NCBI GenBank assembly: GCA_964506795.1
Contig: CAZDMR010000002.1
Location: 77,809 to 141,808, forward strand
Direction: 5' to 3'
Origin: an uncultured Acidobacteriota bacterium
GTDB taxonomy: Bacteria > Acidobacteriota > UBA6911
DNA: 64,000 nucleotides
A program made the translations under genes and the position numbers. This document shows, piece by piece, positions 1-13,342 of this stretch. The first letter of the stretch is position 1; each line of letters opens with the position of its first letter. Below the pieces are notes generated by a model. That model saw only the letters and a list, made by a program, of their open reading frames with translations, was not told where the DNA came from and did not search any database.

Positions 1-62
1 GAATTTGGATTATATCAAAAGCCCCCATTGTTGACAGTGCCGACCTTATTCATGGACACCCG

Positions 63-719
63 TTGCGCCGGCAGCCCGCCTGTGATAGACATGAGTCATT
101 CAGCGGAAAGGAAACAGCCGTGGCGGCCATCAGCCCGTTGGGACCCGTTCTTCTGGACGCTCCAACCATTCTGAAGCGCGTCCGGGAACTGGGCGCCCGC
201 ATTACACGCGATTACCGCGGAAAGTCTCCGCACTTGATCGGCATTCTCAAAGGCGCCACCATTTTTCATGCGGACTTGGTGCGCGCCATCGATCTTGACC
301 TGTCCATGGACTTCATCGCCGTCGCGAGTTACGGCAAAGCAACCCGAAGCAGCGGCGAAGTCCGCATCCTGAAAGACGCGGAAGACAGCCTTGAAGGCAA
401 AGACGTGCTGCTGGTTGAAGATATCGTCGACACCGGCCTCACGCTGCATTACCTGATTCAAACGCTGGAGGCCCGGAATCCGGCTTCGCTCAAAGCCGCA
501 GCGCTGCTCAATAAGCCGTCCCGGCGGGAGGTCCAGGTCCCTGTGCGGTACGTGGGATTCGATATCCCGGACTCATTCGTCGTCGGTTACGGCCTGGATT
601 ACGGCCAGCGCTACCGCAACCTCCCGGATATCCGCATCCTTCGGACGGGGGCTGCGGTAGCGCGATTTTCCGCAAACCGCAAAATCCAAGCAAAGGATCA
701 ACAGGGAGTCCATCGATAG
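63..719 (+). CDS. hpt: hypoxanthine phosphoribosyltransferase; start codon uncertain (no in-frame ATG near the 5' end, TTG/GTG start likely)
   Basis: Translation has a PRTase type I fold with the PRPP-binding motif VLLVEDIVDTGLTL, a DAPTILKRVRELGARI N-terminal region typical of HPRT, and a ~180-200 aa size. Confidence 0.8.
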   Translation: MRRQPACDRHESFSGKETAVAAISPLGPVLLDAPTILKRVRELGARITRDYRGKSPHLIGILKGATIFHADLVRAIDLDLSMDFIAVASYGKATRSSGEVRILKDAEDSLEGKDVLLVEDIVDTGLTLHYLIQTLEARNPASLKAAALLNKPSRREVQVPVRYVGFDIPDSFVVGYGLDYGQRYRNLPDIRILRTGAAVARFSANRKIQAKDQQGVHR

Positions 720-739
720 AAATATTGGAGGAACGTACA

Positions 740-1525
740 ATGCCCACACTTCAGCAATACAATCGATGCGGAGAAGAGCTGGAAAACCTGCTGTTGTTAA
801 GAACGGCGCCCATTGCCGTCAAAATGCTCGTTAAGGAGGAGGATATTCCCGCCGGAGCGCTAAGGCCCAAGAGAGATCAAGGGATTCATCTCGCCCAGTG
901 CCAAGCTTTTGCCATGTCGAGGCGCCAGAGAATGACCATAGCTATGCTGAAAGAGGACAACTGGTGCCCCGCCCCAATATCAGCCTACGGAATGGTGAAA
1001 CCTCGCGAGGATTACGTTGGTTATCCGTTTATGGTGGAAAAAGAGGAAGCATCAAAAAAACTGGAAAAAGCATCTCCCGAGTTCGAGTATGGAAAATATA
1101 TCGGCGTTGTGTCCGCGCCTTTGAGCAGCGCCGCTTTCGAGCCCGACGTGGTTTTAATCTACTGCAACGCAGCGCAGTTGAGGAGCCTTTTGTTCTCCGT
1201 AAAATATAAGGAAGGGATTCTTGTGGCATCCGAATTCGATCCCCTCCGGTCCTGCGTTTATTCCATTGTTCCCGTAATTTTAAACGGTCAGTTCCGCATT
1301 ACCGTGCCCGATTCCGGCGAACAAATCCGCGCCATGCCCGCCGAAGACGAGCTTATCTTTTCGGCTCCCGCCGCCAAGGTCGATGTCCTGGTGTCAGGCT
1401 TAAAACACTTTGAGGAAATCAATTTCGGATATACCCAGCTTAACTTCGATATGAGGCCGGATTTCCCTCAGCCCGATCACTATAAAAAAATGTTTAAGAT
1501 GTGGGGGTTGGAAGCGGGAAAATAA
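740..1525 (+). CDS. DUF169 family protein; start set at the ATG 8 nt after the GGAGG at 727-731, while the ORF track starts at a TTG at 725
   Basis: ~260 aa cysteine-containing protein resembling the uncharacterised DUF169/COG2043 family common in anaerobes; RBS GGAGG upstream. Confidence 0.5.
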   Translation: MPTLQQYNRCGEELENLLLLRTAPIAVKMLVKEEDIPAGALRPKRDQGIHLAQCQAFAMSRRQRMTIAMLKEDNWCPAPISAYGMVKPREDYVGYPFMVEKEEASKKLEKASPEFEYGKYIGVVSAPLSSAAFEPDVVLIYCNAAQLRSLLFSVKYKEGILVASEFDPLRSCVYSIVPVILNGQFRITVPDSGEQIRAMPAEDELIFSAPAAKVDVLVSGLKHFEEINFGYTQLNFDMRPDFPQPDHYKKMFKMWGLEAGK

Positions 1526-1618
1526 AATATCTCACGGCCATCGCGCTCCCGTTGCGGCCGCAGCAGAGGCTAAACGGAAGTCATCCGCCTTATCGATGAG
1601 CACCCGCGATTGGTTCTT

Positions 1619-2449
1619 TTATGGTTTCGCCAAATCGTCCGCCCATGGAATGATTTCCTCAAGCAAGGCCCGGAGTTTATCCTTTGCCGATTCCGCCGTT
1701 TCCAATACTTCCTGGTGGCTCAGTTTTCCCGCAGCGGCGCCTGCAGCCGCGTTGCTGATGCAGGATATGCCGACCACGCGGATTCCCATATGCCTTGCCG
1801 CGATTACTTCCGGCACCGTGGACATGCCCGCCGCGTCCCCCCCGAGAAGCCGGCACATGCCGATTTCCGCGGGAGTCTCGTAGCTTGGGCCCCTTAATCC
1901 CACGTAAACCCCCGGCAAAAGGCGGATTCTCCTTTGATGCGCGGCTTCCAGCGCAGCTTGGCGCATGGAAGCATCGTAGGCTTCGCTCATATCCGGGAAG
2001 CGCGGACCCAGTTCGTCCGCGTTTGGACCGGTCAGCGGATTTTCGCCCATCAGGTTAATATGGTCGACAATCAGCATGAGGTCTCCCGGACTAAAGGACG
2101 GATTTATCCCCGCAGCCGCGTTGGTGACGATAAGCGTTCGTATTCCAAGAGAGCCCAAAACTCTTGCGGGAAAAGCAACCTCTTCGGCGGAATAGCCTTC
2201 GTAAAGGTGCGCGCGGCCCTGCAGAACGGCCGCAGCAATCCCCGCAAAACTTCCGAAAATCAAGTTGCCCGCATGTCCGGAAACCGTGCAAGGAGGGAAA
2301 TGAGGCAGGTCTCTGAATGGAATCACGGCGGCGTTTTCAAAAAGATCAACAAGCGCGCCGAGGCCCGATCCCAAAATCAGGCCCACAACAGGCTGTAGCC
2401 CGCATCGCGTACGAATGGATTTTACCGCTTCCAGGATTTTCGAGTACAC
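1619..2449 (-). CDS. purine nucleoside phosphorylase (trimeric PNP/MTAP family I)
   Basis: Translation shows GSGLG phosphate loop, YEGYSAEEVAFPARVL and GMSTVPEVIAA motifs of the PNP-I family; 276 aa. Confidence 0.85.
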   Translation of the reverse strand: MYSKILEAVKSIRTRCGLQPVVGLILGSGLGALVDLFENAAVIPFRDLPHFPPCTVSGHAGNLIFGSFAGIAAAVLQGRAHLYEGYSAEEVAFPARVLGSLGIRTLIVTNAAAGINPSFSPGDLMLIVDHINLMGENPLTGPNADELGPRFPDMSEAYDASMRQAALEAAHQRRIRLLPGVYVGLRGPSYETPAEIGMCRLLGGDAAGMSTVPEVIAARHMGIRVVGISCISNAAAGAAAGKLSHQEVLETAESAKDKLRALLEEIIPWADDLAKP

Positions 2450-2558
2450 GGAGTGCCGTGAGCCTTTTGCAGCATCAGAATCTCAAGAAGCATAGACGGA
2501 TGGAATAAATCCGCATATAGGATAGGCCGAGTGCTCTGTTCTTTCCGGCGCGGCCGGC

Positions 2559-2765
2559 TTAAGAACGAACGCTCCGCATTTTTTTCCGCAGCCGCTTTCG
2601 CGCCAAAGCCTGTTTTATACGCTTCTTTTCGCCCGGCTTCAGGTAAAACGAGTGCTTTTTTACATCCTTAATGATATCTTCCTGCTGGACCTTCCTTTTG
2701 AAGCGCCGCAGAGCGCTTTCTAGGGATTCCCCTTCATTTAGAATAACTTCCGCCAATCCAGCCAC
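2559..2765 (-). CDS. rpsU: 30S ribosomal protein S21
   Basis: 68 aa basic protein with the LRRFKRK motif and lysine/arginine-rich C-terminus typical of S21; immediately downstream of gyrA. Confidence 0.9.
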   Translation of the reverse strand: MAGLAEVILNEGESLESALRRFKRKVQQEDIIKDVKKHSFYLKPGEKKRIKQALARKRLRKKMRSVRS

Positions 2766-2891
2766 CTCCTTAGTGACGAGCGCATAAATTACTCTGCATC
2801 CATATTGCTGTCAAGTCCCAATCGCCGCCGCCTTATCAAGGGCAGGGATTGATGCGCCCATTTTTCAATCTTTCGTCGCATTGCCGCCTCA

Positions 2892-5351
2892 TCATCCGGA
2901 CGACTCCGGATCGCCGTAGTTCCCCGGCTCCTCTGCGGCGACTGTCGTTACGCTGGCTACATAATCCCCTTCTTCAAGATCTATGCATCTAACGCCGACA
3001 GCGGCGCGCGTCTGGGTGTTGCGAATATCCTCGGCGTGAAGCTGGATCAGCTTTCCGTTCGCCGTGATGAGCATGACCGATGCCTCTTCATTGACGTGAC
3101 AGGTGTTTACCACCATCCCGTTTTTCTGCCCTACCCTTATATTGATCACCCCCGCCCCGCCTCTCCGTTGGCGCCGGTATTCCTCCACATCCGTCCTTTT
3201 TCCGAATCCCTTTTCAGTGACCGTCAGGAACTGGCCGGATCCCTTGAACGCGCTCATCGCAACGACCTTGTCCTCCCCCGTCATGCGGATTCCAATGACG
3301 CCTCCCGCCGTCCGCCCCATTTCCCTGACATTCTCTTCGGAGAATCGAATCGCTTTGCCCATTCGGGTGGCAAGCAGCACATCATAACCTCCGTCGGTCA
3401 GTTGGCAGCCGATGAGTTCGTCCCCATCCCGTATAGAGATAGCTATGATGCCCGTGCTGCGCGGGTTGGCGTATTCAGCCAGCGCCGTTTTCTTCACCAT
3501 TCCTTTGCGCGTAGCCATCACGACGAACTGCTTTGTGTCGAATTCGCGAACCGACACTATGTCGGCGATATTTTCGTCTTTTCCCAAGTTCACCAGGTTT
3601 ACAATCGCTTTCCCTTTTCCGGCCGTCCCCACGTCCGGAATTTCATACACCTTCAGCCAATAAACCCGCCCCTTGTTTGTGAAAATCAGCAGGTAACTGT
3701 GCGTTGATGCAACAAAGACGTGGTCGATGAAGTCCTCGTCCCGCGTCGTCATTCCGATCCTTCCCTTACCGCCGCGGCCTTGCGGCCGGTAAAGAGAAGC
3801 GTTGGTTCGTTTAATATAGCCCGAATGAGTGATGGTAATCACCACATCCTCGTCCGCGATCAGGTCTTCCAGCGTGATTTCCACGTCTTCATCCACAATC
3901 TCCGTGCGCCTTTTATCTCCGAACGATTCCTGAACTTCCCTCAGCTCGTCGATCACAACGCCTTTCAACACGGTATCGCTTGCCAGGATCTCCCTATATC
4001 GGGCGATCGTCTTGAGAATGTCCTCATATTCAGCGACAATTTTCTCGCGCTCTAAGCCTGTCAGCCGCTGAAGCCGCATTTCCAGGATCGCCTGCGCCTG
4101 CAACGCGCTGAAATCGAACCGCCTCATCAGTCCCTCTTTTGCAGCCGCCGGCTCCTTCGACGACCGGATGAGCGCAATCACATCATCCATGACCTCCAAC
4201 GCCCGTTTGAGTCCCTCCAGAATGTGGGCTCGCGCTTCCGCTTTATCCAGCTCAAAGACGGTCCTGCGCCGGACCACTTCCGTCCGGTGGTCAATGAAGC
4301 ACAGCAGCGCCTCGCGCAGGTTCAGGATCCTGGGCTGGTTGCGCACGATCGCCAGCAGAATGATTCCGAAGCTGGCCTGCAGCGGCGTCATTTTGTACAA
4401 ATTATTCAGGACCACTTGCGCCGGTTCGTCCTTCTTCAGCTCAATGACGATTCGCATGCCTTCCCGGTCCGATTCATCACGCAAATCGGATATGCTTTCG
4501 ATTTTCTTGTCACGCACCAGCTCGGCGATGCGCTCGATCAATTTCGCTTTGTTGACCTGGTAAGGTATCTCGCTCACGACGATCGCTTCCCTGTCGCGGC
4601 CCATCTTCTCGATGGCCGCCCTTGCGCGCATGGTGATGATGCCGCGGCCGCTTTCGTAAGCTACCCTTATGCCCTCCCTCCCGTAGATGAAGCCGCCCGT
4701 GGGGAAATCGGGCCCGGGAACAAGGTCCATGATCTCCTTGATCGAGGCGGAGGGATTTTCGATAAGCAGGATGGTTGCGTTGATAATTTCGGCAAGATTA
4801 TGCGGCGGTATATTCGTCGCCATGCCCACGGCGATTCCGGAAGAGCCGTTTACGAGCAGATTGGGGAACCGCGCCGGAAGAACCAGCGGTTCGGTGAGCG
4901 AATCGTCGTAATTCGGCCCGAAGTCGACCGTTTCCTTTTCAATATCCGCCAGCAATTCGTCCGCCAGCCTCGCCATCCGCACTTCCGTATAGCGCATGGC
5001 CGCCGCGTTGTCTCCGTCGACGGAACCGAAGTTGCCCTGCCCATCAATGAGCGGATAGCGCACGGAGAAATCCTGCACCAGCCGCACGATGGTCTCGTAG
5101 ACAGCGCTGTCGCCGTGCGGATGGTATTTGCCGATCACATCGCCCACAATGCGCGCCGATTTTTTGTAAGGCTTGTTATGCGTGTTCCCCAGATCGTGCA
5201 TGGCGTACAGCACACGCCGGTGCACCGGCTTCAAGCCGTCGCGCACATCCGGCAGCGCCCTGCCGATAATGACGCTCATCGCATAGTCCAAATAGGACTT
5301 GCGCATCTCCTCGATCAGGTTTACCTGCACTTGCTCCAATGCTTCTTTCAT
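2892..5351 (-). CDS. gyrA: DNA gyrase subunit A
   Basis: 819 aa; [28 protein letters not shown] active-site region and C-terminal beta-pinwheel repeats; follows gyrB. Confidence 0.97.
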   Translation of the reverse strand: MKEALEQVQVNLIEEMRKSYLDYAMSVIIGRALPDVRDGLKPVHRRVLYAMHDLGNTHNKPYKKSARIVGDVIGKYHPHGDSAVYETIVRLVQDFSVRYPLIDGQGNFGSVDGDNAAAMRYTEVRMARLADELLADIEKETVDFGPNYDDSLTEPLVLPARFPNLLVNGSSGIAVGMATNIPPHNLAEIINATILLIENPSASIKEIMDLVPGPDFPTGGFIYGREGIRVAYESGRGIITMRARAAIEKMGRDREAIVVSEIPYQVNKAKLIERIAELVRDKKIESISDLRDESDREGMRIVIELKKDEPAQVVLNNLYKMTPLQASFGIILLAIVRNQPRILNLREALLCFIDHRTEVVRRRTVFELDKAEARAHILEGLKRALEVMDDVIALIRSSKEPAAAKEGLMRRFDFSALQAQAILEMRLQRLTGLEREKIVAEYEDILKTIARYREILASDTVLKGVVIDELREVQESFGDKRRTEIVDEDVEITLEDLIADEDVVITITHSGYIKRTNASLYRPQGRGGKGRIGMTTRDEDFIDHVFVASTHSYLLIFTNKGRVYWLKVYEIPDVGTAGKGKAIVNLVNLGKDENIADIVSVREFDTKQFVVMATRKGMVKKTALAEYANPRSTGIIAISIRDGDELIGCQLTDGGYDVLLATRMGKAIRFSEENVREMGRTAGGVIGIRMTGEDKVVAMSAFKGSGQFLTVTEKGFGKRTDVEEYRRQRRGGAGVINIRVGQKNGMVVNTCHVNEEASVMLITANGKLIQLHAEDIRNTQTRAAVGVRCIDLEEGDYVASVTTVAAEEPGNYGDPESSG

Positions 5352-5425
5352 AAATAAGCTTCACGCTTCCGGCCCGAATTTCCCGCGGGTATCCGCCGCC
5401 GCTTGCGCGCCGGCTGCACGGGCCG

Positions 5426-7942
<2,517 letters not shown>

Positions 7943-8127
7943 CTACAAGCTATTTGTTTCCAGTAAATTATTCGCTTAATGTTTAAGGTTTTATTATACC
8001 ACAGCAGCCCCTTAACAGAGAGGGAAATTATCGTAGATAACTCCAGGACAAATCATTTATTTTCATATGTTTGCACTAACACAACCGTCTTGGATGCGCT
8101 TCATGGCCCGAATTCTCGAATGCGCCT

Positions 8128-9228
8128 TTACGAAGCCGCAAATATGCGGCCGTCTTTCATCTCAAAACGGCATGTATTTTCGGGGAGGGCTGACAGCAGA
8201 AAATCTTTCGATGAAGTTAAAAATATCTGGGTTCTCTCAAGAATGTAGTTCAAAAAATCGCTCAGTCTTTTTTCGTCCAATTCCGCTTCTGCGTCATCCA
8301 TTAAAAAAACCGGGTAGTATCCGTGCGCTTTGCGATGGATTTCCATCTGCGCAAAATAAAGCGACAGCAGCCCGCAGCGCTGCTGGCCCGCCGATCCAAA
8401 CGCAACCAAAGATTTTCCGTTCACATAGAGCCTTACATCGTCCCGATGAGGCCCCACCGATGTAAAGCCGCTTCTTTGATCGATTTCTCTTGCCTGCAAA
8501 AGCCGCCGCCTGTAGATGTCCTCGAGCCCGTCCAACGCGGCGTCAATGACGCCGACGCCGGCGACATAGTGCATTTTCAGATCTTCCGTTCCAAACAACC
8601 CCAACGGAAGCTCTTCTTTCATTCGTTGAACGTACCGCCAGCGATTTTCAATGATGCGCGCCCCCGTTCTTACCAGGCCTTCGTCCCAGCTGTCCAGTAG
8701 CTGCGCATCTATCCCGGCCTTGGCGTCGCGCGCATCCGCCAGCATTTTGTTTCTCTGCTTCAGCGCTCGGCTGTAAGCCGTCAGATAGCCGACATGGCCC
8801 GGATAGATGGTGGCCATGGCCCGGTCGAGAAAAGACCGGCGGTCCGCCGGCGCGCCTCTCACAACGTTGAGGTGTTCGTGCGTAAAGGCCAGCAGGTGCA
8901 AGTTGCCTATAAAACCATCCAAAGGCACGCTCTTGCCGAAAACGAATAATTTTTTTTCGGATTTGCCGATGACTACCTGCAGATCCCGTCTCAGGCTGCC
9001 GTGTTCCATGGTTCCCTCAACACGGCATTCCGCTGCTCCCTGTTTGATACAATCTTTTGAAAGGGTCGTCCGAAAGCTTTTTCCGTATGCCAGCAGATAG
9101 ATCGATTCGAGAAGGTTCGTCTTTCCCTGGCCGTTGCGTCCGGAGAAGAGAACGGTGCCCGCGGGCGGAAAAATCTCCAGTTCCTCGATATTGCGGTAAT
9201 GAAATAGACGCAGCCTGGTTATCTGCAC
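8128..9228 (-). CDS. recF: DNA replication and repair protein RecF
   Basis: N-terminal Walker A GRNGQGKTNLLESIYLL and SMC-like signature; canonical position between dnaN and gyrB. Confidence 0.9.
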   Translation of the reverse strand: MQITRLRLFHYRNIEELEIFPPAGTVLFSGRNGQGKTNLLESIYLLAYGKSFRTTLSKDCIKQGAAECRVEGTMEHGSLRRDLQVVIGKSEKKLFVFGKSVPLDGFIGNLHLLAFTHEHLNVVRGAPADRRSFLDRAMATIYPGHVGYLTAYSRALKQRNKMLADARDAKAGIDAQLLDSWDEGLVRTGARIIENRWRYVQRMKEELPLGLFGTEDLKMHYVAGVGVIDAALDGLEDIYRRRLLQAREIDQRSGFTSVGPHRDDVRLYVNGKSLVAFGSAGQQRCGLLSLYFAQMEIHRKAHGYYPVFLMDDAEAELDEKRLSDFLNYILERTQIFLTSSKDFLLSALPENTCRFEMKDGRIFAAS

Positions 9229-9230
9229 GC

Positions 9231-10340
9231 TTAAAACTTCATCGGCATGACCACATACCGATAATCAAGATCCGCCGGGCCGACGGGCCGTAGCAAGCCT
9301 TGGGTTTCCGGATCCTTCAAAGAAATTGAAATGCTATCCGATCCAGAAGCTCCGATGAAATCCAAAAGATATTGCGGATTGAAACCGATATCGATGCTTT
9401 CCCCTTCATACTCCAGCGGCACGACTTCGCGCGATTCCCCGGCTTCCGCACAACTGGCGGTCAATTCAACGGATCCGGATTTGAAGGAAAGCCGAATGGC
9501 TTTCAGCTTTTCATCCGACATGATTGCGGCCCTTCGGATTCCATCCCCAAAAGCCTTCGAGGAAGCCACAATGTACCGATCGTTATCCCGAGGAATCACA
9601 AGCTCGTAATTCGGGAACTGCCCCGCCAATATCCTGGAAACGAGCTGTTTGCCTCCCACAGCAAAAAACAGATGGTTTTCATCGCGGCCGAAATCAACTA
9701 TTACATCCTGCTCCCCGATAAGCTTTTGAACTTCCACAAGCGTTTTCTTGGGTATCAGAGACCGCACTTCGTCATCCACGCCGGGGATTTCCATGCTTTT
9801 GCCGACCATGGCCAGCCTGTGTCCGTCCGTGGCGACCATTCGTACTTCGCCTGGAAGCAAAATAAGCAGCGCTCCGTTTAACGAGTACCGTGCTTCCTCC
9901 TGCGTTATTGCGAACATGGTCCGATGGATCAGCGCCCTCAGCACGCTTCCCGGAATTTTTGCGGTCGACGGGGCTGCTTCCGGTATGGTTGGAAAATTTT
10001 CTTTTGCGAGAGCCACTATCTTGTACTGTGAACTTCCCGAACGCAACTCGATCCAATCGTTTTCCAGCAGCGCAAAATCGATATCCGCATTTTCCGGCAA
10101 AAGGCGGACGATATCAAACAGCCGGCGCGCGGATACGGTCGTCGATCCATCCGAAGAAACGGATGCTGCGCAGCCGCATCGGATCGTTACCTCAAGGTCG
10201 GTTGCCACTATTTTGAGCGTTTCGCCGGCGGCTTCCAGCAATATATTGGTAAGTATGGGAATGGTGCTTTTTTTCTCTATAACGCCCTGAACGAGATTGA
10301 GTTCATTCAACAGCGAATTCCTGGTAACCGTGAATTTCAT
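9231..10340 (-). CDS. dnaN: DNA polymerase III beta sliding clamp
   Basis: 369 aa, three-domain beta-clamp pattern; downstream of dnaA. Confidence 0.9.
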   Translation of the reverse strand: MKFTVTRNSLLNELNLVQGVIEKKSTIPILTNILLEAAGETLKIVATDLEVTIRCGCAASVSSDGSTTVSARRLFDIVRLLPENADIDFALLENDWIELRSGSSQYKIVALAKENFPTIPEAAPSTAKIPGSVLRALIHRTMFAITQEEARYSLNGALLILLPGEVRMVATDGHRLAMVGKSMEIPGVDDEVRSLIPKKTLVEVQKLIGEQDVIVDFGRDENHLFFAVGGKQLVSRILAGQFPNYELVIPRDNDRYIVASSKAFGDGIRRAAIMSDEKLKAIRLSFKSGSVELTASCAEAGESREVVPLEYEGESIDIGFNPQYLLDFIGASGSDSISISLKDPETQGLLRPVGPADLDYRYVVMPMKF

Positions 10341-10716
10341 GAAGGACGCTCCTTGAAGGAAAAAGAGAATTCATGATTTAAAAACAAATCATTATACCGC
10401 CCTTACTGCGTATTGGTTTTTTATTTACACTCTAAATATATACTAGAAATAGTAGAAGGACCTGTGAATTTGTGGAAAAGCGCTTTATGTTCCAGAGATC
10501 CAGCGGAGATAGCAGGTGGATAAAAACGACCGTGCCTGTGAAGAGATCCAAAATTTTGTGAAAAGCGCTTGCACCTACCCAGCGTGGGCGGATTTTGGTA
10601 AGCAGGTCGGTGAATAATCAATTTATCCGATGAAGCTGCACAGTTTGCAATGTGCATAAGTAGGAGGAAATAAGTGTGCATATTCCGGGGGCGTTGCAAA
10701 AGGCGATATGGACGCG
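10341..10716. promoter_or_regulatory. dnaA-dnaN intergenic region: candidate oriC segment with DnaA-box-like motifs and an AT-rich putative unwinding element
   Basis: Seen in sequence: AT-rich run ttttttatttacactctaaatatatactagaaatagtag (10407-10445); TGTGGAAAA (10471-10479); GGTGGATAA (10515-10523); TTTATCCGA (10622-10630). All are within 1-2 mismatches of TTATCCACA or its complement. Confidence 0.5.
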
Positions 10717-12033
10717 TCAGCGGAGCGACTTGACGATGGCGCTCACAGCGGCGGAGAGCTGAGAATCTTTTTTCCTCAACGAGTCGATCTTGCGGATGGA
10801 ATGAAGGACCGTGGTGTGGTGTTTTCCGCCGAACTCCTTGCCGATCTGGGGCAGCGACTGGTTGGTGAGCTCTTTGCAGATGTACATCGCGATCTGCCTC
10901 GGCACAGCGACGGGGCGAGAGTTGTTTTTGGTTTTGAGCTGGGCGGGCTTGAGAGAATAGAAAGAGGCGACGGCACGAAGGATGCTGTCGGGCGAAATGG
11001 AAGGGTTTTCCGCTGCGGTAAAGTTTTTCAGAACGTCTTTAGCGTAGGCGACATCGATATCGGCGCCGTCAAGACCGTCCAGGGAAGCTCTGGCGCTGAG
11101 GCGGTTGAGGGCGCCCTCGAGCTCGCGAACATTGGATCTAATGCCCGAGGCAATATACATGGCTACATCGTCGGGGAGGCGGAACGACTCGGAATCTGCT
11201 TTCTTTTTCAAAATCGCCAGTTTGGTTTCAAGATCAGGTGGCTGGATATCGGCGATGAGGCCCCATTCGAAACGAGAGTGGAGTCTCTCTTCCAAAGTGG
11301 GGATCTGTTTGGGCGGGCAATCGCTCGTAATCACAATCTGCTTTTGCGCGTCATAAAGCGCATTGAAGGTGTGAAAAAACTCTTCCTGCGTCCGCTCCTT
11401 GCCCGCAATAAACTGGATGTCGTCCATTAGAAGAATATCGATGTTTCGGTATTTCTGGCGGAACTGGATGGTGCGGTCATAACGAATCGAGTTGACCAGC
11501 TCATTCATAAAGCGTTCGGAGGACATGTAAGCCAACCGGATGCCGGGATTGCGCTCCTGAACCAAGTTGCCGACGGCGTGCATCAAGTGCGTTTTTCCCA
11601 GGCCGACGCCGCCGTACAGGTAGAGGGGGTTGTAGGCCTTTGAAGGCCGCTCCGCTACGGCGATGGCGGCGGCGCGGGCAAGCTGGTTGCTGGCGCCAAC
11701 GACGAATGAATCGAAAGTATATTTCGGAATCAAAATCGCGGTTGATGAACAAGGGCTGGGCGGGGCCGCCGAGCGCTGGGGATTCTGGGGCAACGGCAGC
11801 GTTTCTACTGAAACGTCCAGCAACACGGGGCCGCCGGCGATTTTTTGAGCCGCGCTCTGGAGGACGCCGGCATAATTCTCCACCAGGCACTTTTTGAAGT
11901 TCTCTGTGGGAACCATGAGATTCAAAGTGCCGCTTTGTCGGCCTTTAAAAACGATGGGGCTAAACCATGTGTCAAAGCATTGGCGGCTTACCTGTTTTTG
12001 GATCGCGGAGAGAATAGCGTACCAGAAATCCAT
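10717..12033 (-). CDS. dnaA: chromosomal replication initiator DnaA
   Basis: AAA+ Walker A GGVGLGKTHLMHAVGN, sensor motifs, C-terminal DNA-binding domain KEFGGKHHTTVLHSIRKI. Confidence 0.97.
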   Translation of the reverse strand: MDFWYAILSAIQKQVSRQCFDTWFSPIVFKGRQSGTLNLMVPTENFKKCLVENYAGVLQSAAQKIAGGPVLLDVSVETLPLPQNPQRSAAPPSPCSSTAILIPKYTFDSFVVGASNQLARAAAIAVAERPSKAYNPLYLYGGVGLGKTHLMHAVGNLVQERNPGIRLAYMSSERFMNELVNSIRYDRTIQFRQKYRNIDILLMDDIQFIAGKERTQEEFFHTFNALYDAQKQIVITSDCPPKQIPTLEERLHSRFEWGLIADIQPPDLETKLAILKKKADSESFRLPDDVAMYIASGIRSNVRELEGALNRLSARASLDGLDGADIDVAYAKDVLKNFTAAENPSISPDSILRAVASFYSLKPAQLKTKNNSRPVAVPRQIAMYICKELTNQSLPQIGKEFGGKHHTTVLHSIRKIDSLRKKDSQLSAAVSAIVKSLR

Positions 12034-12575
12034 ATTTAACTACCTTGAGGCGGAAGAGGAAGTAAATCCCGCAAAAATCCAAGTTTTCCACAGAAATTTC
12101 CACAGCTGTGGAAAACTGCGGCGCACAGCTTGGAAAGCCGCCGATGTCCGGCGCGCTTTCTGCTTCCTGAGAATTTGAATGTCAGGATTTCGCGTAGTCT
12201 CGCGTTTTTTTCTCAACAACGGGGCGGAAAGTTAGCACACACAACCGGGGGGTTCAACAAAAAAAGCGCTTATTTTAAAATTAATCGCAGCGCGTTTATG
12301 GCCTTTATTCATGCGGGTCTGAGAGACATGAGGCCGAAGGCAGGCTGAAAAACAAAGGGGATTGAACGTGCTTAGAAAAATAAAAAATCCTATCCGCGTG
12401 AATTTAGGAAATTTGAAAAAAAAGGACACAGTGCCGGGGGCCGATCGAGGAGCAACAGGCTGCTGGCGGTTGCCCGAAGGAAGGCTTGCCGGGGGCCAAA
12501 AAGGATCTCGTGGGATGCCTGAGTAGGCGGCGGCGGCATTCCGGCAAAACGGCAATAAAATCGGGCCAAAAAGGG
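12034..12575. promoter_or_regulatory. dnaA upstream region with a triple DnaA-box cluster (second oriC/autoregulatory segment)
   Basis: Seen in sequence at 12084-12115: TTTTCCACA, ATTTCCACA and the inverted TGTGGAAAA arranged as ttttccacagaaatttccacagctgtggaaaa; A-rich tracts at 12375-12430. Confidence 0.55.
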
Positions 12576-13061
12576 TTAAGGCTTCTTAAAATAGGGGAGC
12601 AAACGTTCCCGCGTATGCGGCAACTCCTCAGGAAGGACGCGGGTTTCGCCCACTACGGAAACAAAATTCGAATCTCCTGTCCAGCGCGGAACGACGTGCA
12701 TATGCAAGTGGTGTTCGACGCCGGCGCCGGCCGCCCGGCCGATATTGAAGCCCATATTGAATCCCTGGGGATGGTATTCGCGGCCCAGGGCGTCCTCGCA
12801 GCGCCGGCTAAGCTGAATCATTTCATTGAGTTCTTCGGTCTCGGCGTCGCTCAAGGACGAAATATGACGATTAGCCGCTATCAGAAGGTGGCCTGATGTG
12901 TACGGGTAGCGGTTTAATAGGAGAAAGCAGTGGATGCCGCGGAAAAGAACAAGGTTTTCCGGATCGTGCGTATCCTCCAGGATCCGACAGAAAACGCAGG
13001 AATTCTCGTCGTCCACTTTTCGGATGTATTCAAAGCGCCACGGGGTCCAGAGACGATCCAT
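12576..13061 (-). CDS. HIT family (histidine triad) nucleotide hydrolase/transferase
   Basis: HLHMHVVPR histidine triad motif; N-terminal RLWTPWRFEYI typical of the GalT-like/Ap4A-phosphorylase HIT branch. Confidence 0.75.
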   Translation of the reverse strand: MDRLWTPWRFEYIRKVDDENSCVFCRILEDTHDPENLVLFRGIHCFLLLNRYPYTSGHLLIAANRHISSLSDAETEELNEMIQLSRRCEDALGREYHPQGFNMGFNIGRAAGAGVEHHLHMHVVPRWTGDSNFVSVVGETRVLPEELPHTRERLLPYFKKP

Positions 13062-13336
13062 TACAGGTTAACGAGGTCCTTGATTTCCTTGCCCGGCTTA
13101 AAGTAAGGGACTTTTTTTGCCGGCACGCTGACCGCGCTGCCGGTCTTCGGATTGCGCCCCTGGCGGGAAGAACGGTTGCGGATGCGGAAAGATCCGAAAC
13201 CGCGAAGTTCGATTTTTTCACCGCGCTGGAGAGATTCGGTAATGCTGTCCAAAACGGTCTGGACGATCACTTCGGCATCCTTCTTTGTCAACTCCGATTG
13301 GTTGGCGACTTCTTCGACTAATTCGGCTTTGGTCAT
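13061..13336 (-). CDS. ihfB: integration host factor beta subunit (HU/IHF family)
   Basis: MTKAELVEEVA N-terminus and RGFGSF..GRNPKTG arm motif match IHF-beta better than IHF-alpha; located downstream of rpsA as in E. coli rpsA-ihfB. Confidence 0.7.
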   Translation of the reverse strand: MTKAELVEEVANQSELTKKDAEVIVQTVLDSITESLQRGEKIELRGFGSFRIRNRSSRQGRNPKTGSAVSVPAKKVPYFKPGKEIKDLVNL

Positions 13337-13342
13337 GGCTTT

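Noticed and set aside
4224-5357. 377-aa plus-strand ORF antisense to gyrA (and similar long antisense ORFs, e.g. 25601..27178 inside the acyl-CoA synthetase gene, 15309..16067 inside rpsA, 22395..22946, 23034..24152)
   Set aside because: They lie entirely inside well-supported conserved genes on the opposite strand. They show arginine/proline-rich low-complexity translations typical of high-GC antisense frames and have no recognisable domains.
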